Both the position numbers and the translations under genes were made by a program. From positions 62,001 through 126,000 of the forward strand of contig JAAPAO010000014.1 of assembly GCA_013115145.1 (NCBI GenBank): a stretch of DNA of 64,000 nt, written 5' to 3'. Below, piece by piece: positions 62,701-64,000 of this stretch (its first letter is position 1; each line of letters begins with the position of its first letter). The stretch comes from Perkinsus chesapeaki ATCC PRA-425 (taxonomy: Eukaryota; Protista; Perkinsozoa). The notes under the pieces are model-generated. The model did not search any database. It was not told the DNA's origin and worked only from the letters and a program-made list of their open reading frames with translations.

Positions 62701-64000
62701 ACAAGCAGGACACAGTTGAGGTGAACGACGAACCGCTAACTACAAGGTGAAGGCATAACAGTGATAAAATTCCCGTTGTTTGGCCATCAAGTGGAGTTTC
62801 AAGATAACCCTCCCCTGTGTTCATCCTTTATCTTGGGCGTTGAGAAGCAGTAGGGTGAATCCACTCATTGTAAAATCTGAAATTGATATCGAAGATATCG
62901 TGCCTGCCATCGACAATTCCCTCCGATTTTGATCCTACTTTAGGTGCGATGCGAGAATCAAATGGATGCGGTTACACTCGAGCTGAACTTGCAAGACAGA
63001 GTCTCTGGCTTGGTGGTCACTTTATATTACTCTGTATTCCCAGAGTGGGATGTCTTGGTCCGGCGCGCCAAGATGACCAACCCGCGATCCTCGGGAAGTG
63101 CAGTTGGCATCGATCGATTCGTCAGCGTCACATCTGACTTTGAGGCCGGTAACTACTATTTCACGCATTTCGGAGGTAGATGCCGGTAGCTGCTCCTCGC
63201 TGTAGTTTGGACATACTGTCAGGCTCGTGGGGGAGAGAGGGCCAGAGGATGAGCCAAGAACTTATGGCTGGTGCGATGTCGATCGGCTCCACTCGAGGCG
63301 TTAGTAGCCACATGCATAACCCTATGGGGATCATCAGCAAAGGAGCGTATAATGAGGATGCAGGATACCATTGGGGTTTCATTTTTATGTACCGTACATT
63401 TCTCTGCTGCTTGTGGAGGAGTGTACAAGTGATTCTGTGGTCAGGTATAGCGGCAGCTTCCTTATAGAGTGCGAGATCAACGAGACGAACCGACTCCGCG
63501 TTAATGTTGGGTAAATGCTCACAGTACTGAGTGTTGGTGGTATAACGTAGCCAGGTTCAACCCAATGACTTTTAAATGGAAGCTTTTTCCTGGGGAGTCT
63601 CTGAGTACCCCTGAAACACTTATAATTTTCAGTTCTTCTGGTGCCACTGGACTAACTCACAAGTGTCATCGAATACTGCAAGACAGAGTTATGCCTCCTA
63701 GGTGAGTACAGACCACCTTAGCGGATAGCTTGAACGGCTGAGTAGGTGGCGGTATACTAGGCCACCGGTCGTGTGCAACACGTGGGAGTCGATGTATTTT
63801 AATATTACTGATGATAGGGTGAGCGGATGATGCTCTTCCCATTACCGAGGTAGTTATGGTTGTTTGTTTAGGTTATGCAGCTGGCAAAGCATGCTGCAGC
63901 TGTTGGTGCTGAAATGGTTGTTATTGATGATGGTTGGTTTACTAATAGAAATGATGATACTGGAGGGTTGGGAGACTGGGAAGTTGATAAGGAGAAGTTG
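59734..64000 (+). CDS. Glycoside hydrolase family 36 alpha-galactosidase (multi-exon, runs off the window)
   Basis: IFRLYTTDSM-YAFRITTTGQLEHLYWG, LEYSDYGTGDYRLP, RGKP, TLELNLQD, GSWGRE, STRGVSSHMHNP, GLNP, PVVCNTWESMYF and EMVVIDDGWF...GLGDWEVD are GH36 N-domain and barrel signatures. Confidence 0.9.
61830..62840 (+). mobile_element. Decayed non-LTR RT-like remnant nested in a ~1.3-kb intron of the GH36 gene
   Basis: Frameshifted segments EIVDYRINEQLTNF...LLKAI and IRLLDKQDTVEVNDEP...SSGVSR.PSPVFILY resemble non-LTR RT motifs (YRPI; GVPQG..SP.LF). Confidence 0.4.
62141..62405 (+). repeat. 44-nt tandem repeat flanking an N gap (gap 62268-62365)
   Basis: The unit GTTGGCTAGCCTATGATTCACAGACAATGAAGCGAAGTTGGAGC occurs at 62179 and 62223 and again after the gap at 62367, with a degenerate copy from ~62141. 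Confidence 0.85.

Noticed and set aside
1-64000. Spliced-leader RNA gene or SL relics
   Set aside because: No match to the CCGTAGCCAT(T/C)TTGGCTCAAG-type leader was seen on either strand by eye; only short chance fragments such as TGGCTCAAG near 4965.

Overview
Gene-dense eukaryotic DNA (~50% GC) with many short GT-AG introns, mostly 40-60 nt. The intron style and gene content suggest a Perkinsus-like alveolate; this is inference and was not checked. Recognisable genes: MTR4-type RNA helicase (truncated at the left edge), an isoprenylcysteine methylesterase-like hydrolase, an RCC1-repeat protein, four tandem helical-repeat + RAP-domain genes (17.1-27.5 kb), a chagasin/I42 protease inhibitor, a DEP+DUF547 protein, a NCKX-like CaCA exchanger, an EF-hand protein, a long coiled-coil protein, VPS28 and a GH36 alpha-galactosidase (truncated at the right edge). 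There are also several hypothetical genes, decayed non-LTR RT remnants and one assembly gap. Two observations stand out. (1) The RAP cluster is nearly intronless and looks mitochondrion-targeted. Two otherwise highly diverged paralogues share a 199-bp, 98%-identical, strongly AT-rich in-frame segment, which suggests repeat-module exchange in an RNA-binding/nuclease family. (2) Three decayed tRNA-like relics keep an intact B-box/3' end, and each sits just upstream of, and co-oriented with, a protein gene. One of them fills almost the whole divergent interval at the head of the RAP cluster. Exon structures were inferred by eye, so gene boundaries are approximate.
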